Source: Cyanophora paradoxa CCMP329
Taxonomy: Eukaryota; Plantae; Glaucophyta
Direction: 5' to 3'
DNA: 64,000 bases
Assembly: GCA_004431415.1 (NCBI GenBank)
Contig: QPMI01000222.1
Span: 88,033 to 152,032, forward strand
A program made the translations under genes and the position numbers. Position 1 is the first letter of the stretch, and each line of letters starts with the position of its first letter. Positions 11,442 through 24,700 of the stretch are shown here, one piece after another. The notes beneath the pieces were generated by a model that worked only from the letters and a program-made list of their open reading frames with translations, had not been told where the DNA came from and did not search any database.

Positions 11442-14400
11442 ATGCCAAGGGAGGCGAAGGAGGCGCCCGTGTTCGGGCCGCTCCCCTCGCTCGAAAGAGT
11501 CCCAGCGGCCCCTTACAACGAGGCAGACCTGCTCGAGGTCCGTCCTGCCCGCCCGCCGGCCGGCCGCGGCCGCGGCGGCGGGGCCGGGCCGGGCGCGCGC
11601 CGGCCCGCGCAGCCTAGGCCTGACGCTCCGCGCCCGCGCGCGCAGGCGGTCGACGATGCCGTGCGGCTGCTCTCTGTTGGCGCGGAGGGAACGAAGCTGC
11701 TGCTCCGGTGCGCCCCGGCCCGCCCGAACCCGGCCCCCGGCCCGCGGCCGGCGCCGGCCCGCGCCGGCCGACGACGCCACGCGCATGCGTGCGCATGCAT
11801 GCGCAGGCACTCGGACCTCCGCGTTGAGTGCAAGTGCGCTGCCGCTGTCCCGGCCCGCCCGCCTCGCTCGCTCGCTTGCCAGTCCAACGTCGACGCACGC
11901 GCGCGAACGTAGTCCAGCGATGCATCCGGATTCTTATGCGCTTCCGGTCCGCAGGCGGCTGGACAAGCTCCACTACCTGTTCCGCGTCGAGCTGGATCTG
12001 GACCCGATCCCGCCCGGGCCGGCGGCGCGCATGCTCATATGCCGCTCCCTGACCAAGGCGCGCCCGCCCGCGCGCGCGCGCTTCGCGTCGTGCTCGGATG
12101 TAGGCGGTGCGAGCTCCGCGGCAGGAAGTGAGCGACACGGTGGTGAGCGAGGAGCCGGTGGCGCTGCTGGAGCCGGCGGACCCGCACGACGAGGACGGGC
12201 TGGGCGCCAGCTTCGTCGTGCGGCAAGTCTCCCACGTGTTCGGTGACCATATGAGCGCCCGCGCGCCCGCGGCCCCCTCGGCGCCCCTGCAGGCGCTTTG
12301 CCTCGCTAAGCTCGAGATTTGCGCAGGCGCCCGGCTGGAGGCCATGCTGCTCTTCGCGTGCCGAAGGCGCGGCGTATCCCCCTCGCCTCCTTTAAATTTC
12401 GCGCCCCCGAAACGACGTACCCCCCGAAACGACGTACCCCCCGCACGCACGCCCCGCAGGCTCGCCGACGGGTCGGCTCTCTCAGCCAGGTTCGCCTGCG
12501 ACCTGGACGAGAACAACGCGTGGTGCGCGCGGTCGCGAATTCGAATGCATATATACGCCATGGCCCTCGGATTCCGCGCCGAAGCGAGTACCCCTCAGGA
12601 CCCCCCGCGGGTACCAAGACAAGATGCACGCTTGTGCCATGTGGCACGTTGCGGGACCGGAGTCGGGCCAGAAGTGCCGGTGCGAGCCTGTTCGTGTACG
12701 TGTATCCTCGGCCTCCAGCCCCCACTGATCGCGAATGGGGTACCCCACCCTGCAGGCTTACTTACCAGTTCTACGAGCGCCGCTTCAGCAACTGGATGCC
12801 CGACTGGCGTGCGTTGTACCCCCTACCCCTAGGGGCATTGAAAAATATTTCTTCGCTGACCTCGACCAACCCTGTGCACGAATATATGCGTACCCCCGCC
12901 AGTGACGACACAGTTCCTGGGACGCTTCATTGGGAAGATGGTCCTGCGAGCGAGGCGTCTCGCCTTCAACACCTACGCGGCCGTGAGTTGGCGTAGCCCC
13001 CTCCGCCACGCAGATTTCGGGCTCAAAGCGGCGCGGGGCGGGCAGATGGGTCCGGAGGCGGCGGCGGCGCCGCTTCAGAGGCGTCGCGGGAGCTTCGCGC
13101 CGGGCTTCGCCTCCGGGTCGGCGGCGGCGCCCCTCCGCTGGAGCTCCGGCGCCCTCGAGGAGGCCGAGCGCGTCGGCTCCTCGGAGGACGAGGGGGGGTA
13201 CGGGTACGAGGACGAGGACGGGGCGCGTCGGCCCGATCCCGGCTGGCGCGACGACGACGCGCGCCTCGTTGTACCCCCCTCCGCGACCCTCTTCGCCTTC
13301 CCCCCGCCCCCGCCCTCCCCGGCGCCGGGCTCCTATCCCCCCGACGCCTTCTTCCACGTCCTGGGGGTACGCGCGCCCCCTCGGGTACCCCGCCGCGCGC
13401 GCTCAGAGGGGTACCGGTACAGGTGGGGAAACCTCGGGAAGAGCTGTCGCGGAACCTGCAACCCGACAGGGTGTACCAGGTGATCCGGCCTCGGCGCGCC
13501 TCTGCAGTTGCGGCCTGCAGCTGACACAGGTTGCGACAGCTGGGCCGTGGGCAGCTTCTGAAGTCATTCAGCCCGCCAAACGCTGCCGCTCTTCGCCAGG
13601 TTCATATGAGCGCATCCCGCGCTCCCGCTCAACCGTCCCCCCTTCCCCCTCCCCCCCCCCCCCCCCCCCCGCCCCGGCCCCGGCCCCCTTCCTTCCCCCT
13701 TCCCCCTCCCCCTCACCTGAGACTGTACCCCCAGGCGGAGGAGGTGATGCGGGCGACTCTCGAGGTCGGCATCCGCTTCGAGAGCCTCTCGCTCGGCTCC
13801 GGGGAGGATCAAATTGTGGAGGCGTCCCCCGAGGCGCGTACCCCCCAATCCAGAGCTAGCCAGCTAGCCAGCTAGCTAGAGCTGCGGTCCGCCCGCGCCG
13901 CCGGGCCTCGGCTCACAGCGGGCGCGCGCGCGCGCATTGGGGCGCAGGCGCTTCTGCCACCCCTCGAGCCGAAGCCCCGCGCGCGGCCGCGGCCCGGAGG
14001 GCTGGAGGAGGAGGAGGCGGCCGTTCCGCCGCCGCTGCACGGGCGGCGCCCCCTGCGGGCGACGGCCGCGGTTGTGGGCGCGGGCGCGGGCGCCGGCGCC
14101 GGCCCGACCCTCGAGCCTCATCCGGTGGCTCAGGCGCCTTTGCCCACGCCGCCTCAGCGGGCGCCGCTTGCCTCCGGTGCCGGACCCTCGCCGCGGCCTC
14201 TGGCGCCGCTGCGCTCCCTCGCGCCCTCGCCCATCCCGCCCCAGTCAGCCGTTCCCGCCCTTCCATCCCTCAACGTTCAGCTCCCGCCTCGCATTCGACG
14301 CCGCAAGAAAAAGGCGCCCCCGCCGGCCCCGGCGCCGGCCCCGCCGTCAAAGCCTGCGAGCGAGCCCCTCCCAGCCCTCGCGCCTCGCGCCGCCACCACC

Positions 14401-14710
14401 GCCGGCGCCGGCGCCCCCCATTCGTTCAGCTTCTCCTACTCTGCGATGGTTCCCGCCCCCGCGGAAGCGCATGCGGCCGGATCCGGAGCCGCAGCACCGC
14501 CGGAAATGGTCCCAGTGTATATCCTGCCCGCCTACTACGTCGTACCCCTCTCGAGCTCGCAGCTGCAGTCGGCATCGGGGTCTGACGGACTCGCGTACGC
14601 GCACGCGTCGTTCCCCTCGAGCTCGGTCTCCAGCGGTGCAAGCGCCAGCGCCAGCGGGGGCGGCTCCATCCCGAGCTCGCAGGTGCGCGGCGGCGCTTCC
14701 CCGGCCCCAG

Positions 14711-14753
<43 letters not shown>

Positions 14754-14935
14754 CCACCCCCCCGCCCTCGCCGGCCGGGCGCGCCGCTCACGCCGGGCGG
14801 GGGCGCGTGCGCGTGCAGGGCGCTTCGCCGCAGTACCCCTCCCCACCAGGCGCCGCCTCGATCGCGAGCTCGAGCTCGGGCCACGTCTCGCCGCCAGCCC
14901 CCACGCCCATCGCCAGCTCCGCTAGCTATAGCTAG
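11442..14935 (+). CDS. Multi-exon protein with START-like N-terminal domain and Pro/Ala/Ser-rich C-terminus
   Basis: Exon pieces MPREAKEAPVFGPLP...LLE / AVDDAVRLLS / RLDKLHYLFRVELDL / ASFVVRQVSHVF / ACAMWHVAGPESGQKCR / LTYQFYERRFSNWMPDW / TTQFLGRFIGKMV, mostly bounded by GT/GC-AG sites. The last pieces resemble the START-fold C-terminus (CxxTY...PxW plus helix). Not every junction was resolved. Confidence 0.55.
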
Positions 14936-15703
14936 CTAGCTACAGCGCTCAGCTGCTAGCATCCGATGCATATGCCATCATACTGAACCACAGTGGCCAT
15001 GCATGGTGCTTGCCATGTATTTTATAATTAATATTAAATTTAATGTTGCTTGCTCGGCCGCCGGCCCGTGGCGCGCGCTAGCTCTTTTTATGTCATGATG
15101 AGCACAGCGCTAATATAATTAACTCACTTGGCTTATGAGGCGGAGGATGGACTCTGGGGGAGTGCGGATATAGACCAGGAAGGCGTCGCTCTTCCAGCGA
15201 CCAAGGAGCCGCTGAGCTGATCATGAATGGCGTAGGCCGGCATGCCGGCCTCCGCGGCCGCTCGAAAGACACAGAGCTAGAGGAAAGACACAGAGCTCGA
15301 AAGAGATCGAGAAGGGACAACAAGCAGAAGAGACCGAGCAGATCTAGGGACAGAGGATGACAGACGTGAATATTTACGTGTACTCGGGAGCTGCAGCTCA
15401 CAATATTAATCGACGTTACCGTATATGTAGCACGCTCAGCGCTCGTTTTTGTTACGTTACAATTGCACATAATAGCCTGAACCATAAGAAATCCACTGCC
15501 CGAAATCGGAACACGTAAGCTTAAGGTCCGCGCCAGGGGTCCATAGCCGGAGTACTATAGCTAATCTCTACTACAACAGACCTAGATCTACATCTAGAAG
15601 CGCCTTGAAGAAACAGCATACGAAGATTAAAATGGAATTAGATAAGATCCAAGTCGATCCGGGCAGCTAACGATCGACAGTTGCGCTCAGCATGCGCATC
15701 TTG

Positions 15704-18700
15704 TTACAATGGCCAGTTATATCTGTTTGCATACGACCCGAAATCGGAGCACTTTTGTTGCGCGGCGGCGTTTAGTATGGACGCCAACCAGCAGTAAAGT
15801 TGCTTAGGAAGGCTGGCCTTTCGCGGGGGCGGCGGGCCCGTGTACGCGGCCGCCTGCGTCCTGGCCGTCACTGTCGTCGCGCCGCCGAAGCCGGCGCTGC
15901 TCTTCACCCTCGCCGTGCACGTGTACGTCGTGTCGGGCGTCGCGTCCGTGAACAGGAACTCGGCAACGATGTGCGGCGGGACGGAGCGGTCCATGTAGTA
16001 GAGGTCCGGGTCCCACGAGTCCAGGGACTGCCCGAGCGCGGGCATTCGGGGTTTCACGCGCGGCTGGATGCTGAAGTTCATGGGCGCCGATCCGCCCAGA
16101 ACCTTCGCGCCCGTCGCGTCGGGCACACATGTGACGTTCGCCTCCGTCGCGAGCGCGTCGCCGCTGCGGCGGTTGTAGACGAAGACGCGCAGCTCCGTCC
16201 CCTTCCACGACCCCGCCTCCACGACCGGCTTGCTCGGAGGGGCGACGGCGCTCGCGGCGCCGGACGCAGGCCGGCGGACGCGCTTGGTGGCGGACCCGGC
16301 GCTGGCGCACGCGGTCGTCGCGACGTGGGTGGTGCGGTTGAACGAGGAGCCGTAGACGCCGGCCAGCTCGTCGGCGTCGAAGCCGCGGCTGACGACGCCG
16401 CAGCTGGCGCGAAGCAGCGCCTCGCGGGACACGTCCATCACGCGGATCGCGTACTTTGCCTCGCTCGTCAGGTAGCGCATCGCGATGTACGACCTGCGAC
16501 GTCGGTGCTGAGACGGGCGCCGCAGCGCGCCCAACGCTGACGGCGGCGCACCCGTCGTCGGCGATGGAGACGTAGGCGGGGACGGGGGCGAGGAGGTTGA
16601 CGAAGGAGGCGTCGACGGGGACGGGCCGCGCGTTGTCCGCCGCCTTGTCGCCCAGCTCGAGATCGTATATCTGCGCGCGGGTGAGGCGCGCGGCGGGACT
16701 CGACTTCGACTCTCACGCGGACCTGGAGAAACGTGGTCGTCTTCCACACCGCCACGAACCGGCCTGCGCGGATACGTCGGCTCAGCAAACGGTCGCATGT
16801 GCACAAGACGCGGCGCAGAATTTGAAAGCTGCCGGACCGTTGCGGGAGGAGCGCGGCGGGTACTTCGAGAAGGCGATGAGGATATCGGGGCTCTGCGGGC
16901 GCCCCGCGAGCGCGTCGAACGACTTGTAGCCCCGCGCGCCCGTCGCGTCCACCAGCCACAGGACCGAGGCGGAGGCGGAGGAGACGTACACGGAGGCGTC
17001 CGGGAAGCCGGGCCCGCTCCGCTGGTTCTTGGTGACGCGGTGCTTCGCCTCGCGATACTTGGTGCAGACGCGAGGCGGGAAGATCTCGCGTGCTTTCGCG
17101 AGCGCCTCTGGGGGGCAGGGCGGGTCGGGCAGCGTGGCGTCGGGCGCGGCGGCGCGCGTCCTCTGCTCGACGTGCACGGCGCGGCTGGAGTCGAGCGCGC
17201 CGTTGACGACGGGGACGGCGTAGACGGCCGCGCGCATGTCGAGGACGGCGACGGAGCCCCAGAAGAGGACCCGCCGGCAGGCGCGCTGCTTGGGGCCCCC
17301 CCAGGTCGGCACGACGGCCGGGCTGGGCGACGCCCACGCGGTGGACTGCGCGCGGATTCAACGTTGGCCTATCTGAATGGGCGTGAATTTTAAGTGAGAT
17401 GGCGCGCACCGTGGCAGACGGGCGCGACGCCAAGAGCACCACGACGCGCTCGCCGAACACGCCGTACGCGTCGTTGTGAAAAGCGAACCCCCCGAAGAAC
17501 TCTCCGTTGTACATCGGCCAAGTGACGCCCCCGTGACCGTCGCCCGCGTGATAGAACTGCGCGTCCACAATATTTATCCAAGTGAATGTCGTTCGAAGGA
17601 GGAGCGTATACGTATAATTACAAACGTACATATGAGAAGCAAAAGACGCAGTTAAGCCCGTCGCTGGAGAATCCCGCCGCGTGCTGGACATCTGACGTCG
17701 ACGAGGTTTCGAAAAGGTGCGATTGCATGAGAAATATATGCATGAAACAAAGGCACTCTACACATTTAGAAAAGTGCATATATAGATATTGCAAGCTTGA
17801 AACACGCATCCGCATGCGCTGTGCACATGCTCTACAATAATACGAGCGCGCGCACCATTCAAAAGGATGTAGTGACCAAAAGAAGGTAGTGTCCATCCAT
17901 CATTGGGCGGAAACGTGTTCCGGTGTGCAGCGTTCATCTCAAAAACGGAAACCGCAGTACTCGCGACTGGCACACCCTGCAGCATATATAGTCAAATCAG
18001 AGAAGAACATCCGAACGGCCGCGAGTGTGAGCGGTGCGAGCCTGCTCGAGCGGGTAGACGACGCCGGCCATGGCGGCCCAGGCCGAGCCGTGGAACGCCA
18101 GCGGCTCGACGTGCTCTTGCGCGCTCGGGAAGTACTGAGCGGGCAGGCGGAAACGCCCTCCAGCGTCGGTCGGCCCGTCCGTCGCCTCCAAGCCGAAGGA
18201 CAATTCGGGGTTGGAGGTGTCTTTGCGGCCGAGGATGCGGTCGAATCCGCCCGTCGGGGCGGCCTCGGCGGCGCCCATGAAAGGCGCGAACGCTTCCGAG
18301 AACGTGACGTCGTAGGGGCCTGAGGCATCCGCAGTCCATGGTACTGCCGCCGCATCGGTCCTCCACGTCCTGCGAGCAAAAACGTAGCTTCAGCGAACAA
18401 TAAAAGCCGTACTAAGGAATCGAAACGGAGAGACCATGTCTTGGCAGGGGCGATGCGCGAGGGCTGGTTGTCCACGCAGCGGCCGTCGCCCGCGAACAGC
18501 GTCCCTCCCGTCGCGCTCAAAGCGAGCAGGTCGCCCGTCGGCGGGTGCACTCCGAAAACTTCGATTTCGCAAAAGGCACGATCGATATCAGACTTCCAAT
18601 GAACTCGGACCGCAGATAATTTGAAAAGGCAAAGCCGCACAGCGGTAGTTCTTCGAGCCGTCGTTGCAGTCGGAGCACAGCGCGCCGTCCACGCTTGTCG

Positions 18701-21700
18701 CCCTGCAGCCATGACCAGTGAGTTTTGTTCGCGCCTTGAGTGAACAATGAAACGCCGCACGACGCAAGCGTGCATGCTATTAGCCCGCTCACCTTCGGGA
18801 TCCGTCGTTGCCGAGCGTGTGCTGCAGGGTCTTCAGGCCGGTCGGCCTGATCACCTGCGTGGCCTGTGTCCGGTCCCACCTGTAAGCGCTCACATCCCCG
18901 CTGGGGGCCTCGTCGACTCCCCAGTACGCGGCGCGCTCCTGGCCAGCGACCAGGACGTGGCACATGGTCGGGCTCCTGAGAAAGAGCGCGCGGTTGGGGC
19001 CGAGGCTGTCGCGGGTTGCAGAGGGCGCGTCCATCTTCTCGATCCACGACCACGCCGCGGGTGCCGGATCCAAGAACGAGGCGTCTCCGCCGTTGGATAG
19101 CTCCGCATCCAGGACGCTCGGTCCCTGTATACGTAGAACCGGCCGAGCGCAATGAGAGGAAAAGCAGCGACGCAAAGAAAACGAATCGAAGCGCGGGACC
19201 TTCTTGCGGAGCGGGGTGCCCGTGGCGACGCTCTTGAGCGCCAGCTGCGCGAAGTTTCCGGCGTCGTCGGCGGCCACGAGGAGCGGCCCGGAGGCGAGCT
19301 GCATGTGCCGGACGGTCCGCACGCCGCCCGACAGCGACACCACCTCCGCCTGCGCATGCCGCGCCAGCGCGCTTCAGAGACACGAGCAGCTGCAAGAACC
19401 AAGGCCTTCGAATGCTCAACGGGCACCATCTTCGTTGTCAGGAGATCTTGCGGCGCGCGTAGGTCGTAGAACTGGATGGCTCCGGCGGAGGCGCCCACAG
19501 CGACGAACGGCCCGCTGCCGATGATCGAGATCTGAGCGTTGACGCCGGGAATGAGTGGGACCCGATGAGCTGCGGCCGGAACAGCTCGCTCACCGACATG
19601 GCCTTGCGGCGGAGATCAAACCGCGAGCCGGTGTAGTCGACGCCGCAATCCAGCTCCGCAATCGTGCTATTGTTTATATGACAGGTATCGATGGCCGTCG
19701 AATTTGTATCAGCGCTGTATACGTAGCATCAAATAGAATGGAAACAGCGCACCGGTATCCGTGCCCGGGGAGGACTTTGGGTAATTCATTATATGGATAC
19801 TCTATGAACGGCATGAAAACCAGCTGCTGGCGGATGCACACGCCGCTGTACTTGTGCATCGCCTTGCGGAGCAGCAGCGCGCCGTAGCCACTAGAGAAAC
19901 TGCCGTCGCTGTTCGTGTTAACGTTGACGTCGTGCGCGTCCTTCGCGATTCCGATGAGAACAAGGTCCGGGTCCGCGGCCTTGACGTTGTTCACGTCCTC
20001 GTTCAGAAAGTCGGGGTTCGTCCGCTTCGTGAAGACGCACGGGGCCGAATTGAAAAGCTGAGTCTTTGCGCGCCAAGCGTTGGAGCCGCTAGGATCCCAG
20101 CAGGTCAGAGATGCAAAGTTCTGCTCCAGCGGCTCCAACTCCCGTGCGACATCCCCGTAAATCCGCAAGACACTCTCTTCGAGAGCACCGCTGGTCCATC
20201 GCAAATCATCCCTGCGCAAGCATGTATTCAACGCTTTTAACACGCTGCATTTGATGTTCAAAAGAGAGGCGACCGCACCTGAAGAAGTGGTACGAGACGG
20301 CCGGGCTGATATCGCCGAAAAGCGAGAAGGGCTGATACGAGTGGCCCGGCCCGTGCACCTGGAAGACGCCCCCAATCCAGGAGCAGTTGTCGGCCACGTC
20401 GATGTCCGTAATGCCGAGCCATAACGACATGATCCCATGCTGTAGATCCTGGATCTCGCCCGCTTGATCTCTCTGCTGCTTCGATGCCAGCACATCGGCA
20501 GCCGATTTGCTCGCGTCCTTCAGCACCGACATTGGTATGAGGATGACCGTCAGCGTTTTCAACATGTGGTCCTGAAAGCCGTCGAACGTGTAAACCGCGC
20601 CTACAGCGAGAAACTCGACGCCGTCGCGGCTGCACGTGCGCTGCGAGACAGCGATGGGGTTCGGGAACTGGTAGCCGAACGCCATCTCCGCACGCCACTT
20701 CCCGGCTTCATCATCGGTTCCGGGGTTCTCCGTCAGTTCGACTGGTGTCCACGGCTCGATGGTGAAGTGGCACAGCTCGGGCGTGCTCGGCAGATACCCT
20801 GCCGTGCCGTGCCGAAGTAAGCGATCAAATCCGGCGCATTCCAACGTTTCTGCCGTGTCATTCGGACCTTGGTACAGGGAAGCGGCGTCGGCGAACGCGA
20901 GCTTGCCGCGGTGGATGCGCATGACGTTGCGGGGCCTCGCGGCCGCCTTTGCCGTCTCCGTGTTCCTGAAGATGTCTTCCACGCCGCGCCACGGCGTCGC
21001 GTTGAACGTCTCTCCCGTGAAGAACAGCACGAGGTCCGACGCTGACGCAACGTGAGATGTGGTTTCATCAGTCTTTGGACGATATATATATAGCTGAGCA
21101 TGTACCGACGAACACGTCGTGGGTCTCAAGCAGGAAGCTGCCCGCCCCCTCCTTCTTGAGGCAGCCGCGCTCCTCGGGGCGCGACTTGCTGTACACGAAG
21201 ACCGTCGAGGTCGTCCTCGGCAGGCACCTGGCGACGGAGGGGGTCGGCAAAGGGTCGGCAATGAAGTGGGAATGAAAAGGGAAGCGCTAGCGCTCAAACC
21301 CATGCAAGCCCATGACCGGGATTTCAGCTAACGCTAGCAATGAAAGGGTCGGGCGAAGGAAATAGAACGTGAGCTGCAGCACTCGAACACAGGATCTGGT
21401 CCGGATTCAAAGAAACGCACCCGATGCCGTCGGCGTCCTGCGCACCCGATGCCGTCGGCGTCCTGCGCAGAGGTGCTGCATACAGGGACCTCGGGTCCAA
21501 GACGTCGGACGTGCATCTGGGGCGGACGGGAGTGTGAGAGGCTCGCGTGCCACGGTGTGCAGAAACGACGGTACACGAGTGCTGGAAATTAATCGGCCGG
21601 CAATTTCTTTCGCAGCAGTATTCTGCAAAAGATCTAGAGCACTCGTTACTGCCACGGACGGTGACTGCCACTATTTCGGCAAATTTTGACTGCCACTATT

Positions 21701-24700
21701 TCGGCAATTTTTGACTGCCACTATTTCGGCAATTTTTGAACGCGAACCAAGACGTCGCCGTAGTCGTCGATGAAGAAGCGGACGGCGCCGAGCGAGAAGG
21801 CCCAGAAGCTCGTCTTGTTTGCAGAGCCGGCGAGCACGTCCCTGATCGTGTAGACGAGGTTGTTCGCGTCATCAAAGACGTGACCCAGCAGGTGCATCTG
21901 GTCGGGCGGCGTCGGCCGAGTGGGATCAAAGAGAGATCTAAAACGGGCCGCGTTCGCACCTGGAATGTGTGGATTGGGCTTGTGGGCACATCGACGAAGA
22001 GGTTCGTCGGGGCGACGATGCCGATGCCGGCGAGGAGCGTGAGGGTCCCGCGGGGAGATGTCGCCGTGAAAGTCTGCCGCGCCGTCGGCCGCGGGTGAGA
22101 ATTCGAAAGCAAAGGGCGCAGAGCTAGCGCTCAAGGCGGCCGATCCCGCCGCGCGCACCTGGAAGTCGTAGAACGAGCTCTTCGTGGCGAAGTCCGCGAT
22201 GGTGGCGCTGCCGACCTCGAGCAGCGACCGGCGGCGGGCGGAGGCGGGGGTGGAGCCGCCCGTCCAGAGGTAGCCGCTGGCGCTCGACTCGAGGACGGAG
22301 CGGAGCGTCGACTCGGCGGCGGTCGTCAGCGCCGCGTTCGTGCCGCTCCCCGCCGACGCGAGCGCCTCGATGGCGAAGAGCAGCGCCGACTCGGGGTCCG
22401 ATCCGCCGCTCGAGAGCGCCGCCGAGATCGTCTGCCGGTCCTCCGCCTCTGCCAGCGCCGCCTGCGCCGCAACGAGCGCCTTGGCCGTCGCGTTCTGCGC
22501 TACTTGCGCCGCCACGAGCGCCTTTGCCGTCTCGTTCTGCGCCACCTGCGCCGTGACGAGCGCCTTGGCCGTGTCGTTCTGCGAGGAGATGGCCAGCAGC
22601 TCGTTCGACTTGGCGATGGCGCTCTGGCTCTTGGCCTCCGCCTCGGCGGTCATGGCCCGCACGAGATTCGCAAGCGCCTCGTCCCTCCGCTGGTCGGCGA
22701 GCAGCGACGCGTTCAGCGCCCTCGCCGCGTTGAGGATCGCCAGCGCCTCCTGCTCCTTGGCCCGCTGCGCCTCCTCCGTCGCCCGCCGCGACTCCTCCGT
22801 GGCCCGCCGCGACTCCTCCGTGGCCCGCCGCGACTGCGTCTCCGCCTCCGTCTTCTGCTTCTCCGCTTCTATCCTCTGCTTCTCCGCTTCCATCGTCTGC
22901 TTCTCCGCTTCGGTCTTTTGTTGGGCGGCGCTGACTGCGCGAGCAAGACGTTCAGAACACGCTGACTGAATTCGAAACACGGATCGCACTCGCGAAAATA
23001 ATGGACACAATCAACGCCGCCAGGAGCACTGGACGCGCGAGGGCGTCAGTGGCAACACGCAGACCGAATCGCACTTTTTAATTTGGATTACCGGCCGCGA
23101 TGGTAGCCACGACGATCGCAGTCGTCCGCCGCTTCTGGACCTCCTGCTTAAGACTGTTGTGGATAAGCACCACCTGCCGCCGGCGCCAAGCTCGTTAGAT
23201 GGCAGGCCCACAATCGGAAGCGCGCCCTCAAAGCGGGCACGCCTGCTCGGGTGTCGGCTTGAGGAACGGCGCGCCGGCACCGGCCGCCGCTTGCCGCTTG
23301 CCGAGGTGCGCCGGGACGCCAGCGTCCCGGCTGGACCCAGGCCGCGACGGCCAGAGGCGGGAGAGGGAGGTCGGGATGTGGAACATGTCCGCGACCTGGC
23401 AAGCGAAGCGCGGCACAGCGTCAGCTGCAGGGCCGAGGCGACCGGGGCCGTCGAGGGGGAGCTAGAGCTCGCCGTGTAGTTGGCCTTCTTCGCCGCCTCG
23501 GGGTCCGCCTTGCGCAGCCACTCGAACGCCTCCTCCAGCGCGAAGCCGTGCTAGCGCGCTCTCAGCGAGAGCACAGAGACGGAGCCGATCGCGAATCGAA
23601 GCAAACAAAAGCAACTGACGCGAACCAGGAGAACGGCCTCGGCCTTTGTGCGGTTCTCCTTTGGGACGTCGTTCAGCTGCACGCCCTTCTCGTCCATCCA
23701 CTTCGTACCCGCGTCGAAGCCCAGCGCTGCCGGCGGACGCGGCTCAGAGGGCGCTTTCGAGACGGACGGGGCCGGCGCCGGCGCTGGCGCGCCTTCCTTG
23801 TACTTGTCGGCGCGCAGCGTGAGCTGCGTGTGCAGCCGGGCCGCCTCCGCGTCGAACTGCGTCCCGGCGGCGGCGGCGTCGGCGAGCGGCGCCGGCTCCG
23901 AAATTCCGAATTCTCGAAATTCGAAGCGCACGCGGATGGCGGCCTCCATGTCGTCGCAGGCGCGCACGAAGGCGGGGTCGGCGGAGAGCTTCGGCAGCGC
24001 CTCCGGGCTCTGCTTGTGCAGCGCCGGGAACGGAATCTTCTGCCTGCGCGCGCGCGAGCCCGGCCCGTCTCCGTCCGAAATCTAGACGGAAATCTAGACG
24101 GAAATCTAGACGGCCGTGCATGCGCACCAGGAGTTGACCGCTTCGAGGCACATCTTCTGGCGCCTGCGTAGCCGTGCAGAAGGCGTGAGCAGCAGAACGA
24201 CGGGCTCTGCGCGCGGCGGGCGGGGCGGGGGCCGTCGGACCGGAGGAAGCCGCGCTGGGACTCGGTGGCGTCGTCGTCGAGGTCGTCGGGGAGGGGCGGG
24301 ACGGGCGCCAGCTCGATGATGACCACGCGCTTGTGCTGCGCGCACGCGTACTCGAACTCGTCGATGCTGCGCCCGGCCCCGCAGGGCGGGGGCGCCGTCA
24401 GCGCCGGCGCGAGAACGCGCGCGGGGGCCGCGAATCCCCTCACCAGTATTGCGACTGGATCCAGTCTGCGATCGAAGGGCTTCAGAGCGCAAACGCGACA
24501 GACGCGGGCTTGGCATCACACACCCGGAGTCAGCAGGACCAGCATTGTCGACGCGCCCTTGATGGCTGAGCGCGCGCGCGTGAGGCCAGGCCGGGGGCGC
24601 GCGGGGCCGTGCCCTATCGAATGCATATAATCCAAGCACCGGCGGCGATGGCCTTGCCCCTGAAGAGCGCGTGAGCAATTGCAAGCGCAAGGAAGCTAAG

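Noticed and set aside
15093-15485. 130-aa minus-strand ORF
   Set aside because: No motif or codon bias; it lies between convergent gene ends and contains a short duplication.
21662-21738. CRISPR-like array
   Set aside because: The repeats are contiguous with no spacers and lie in a eukaryotic intron; no cas genes.
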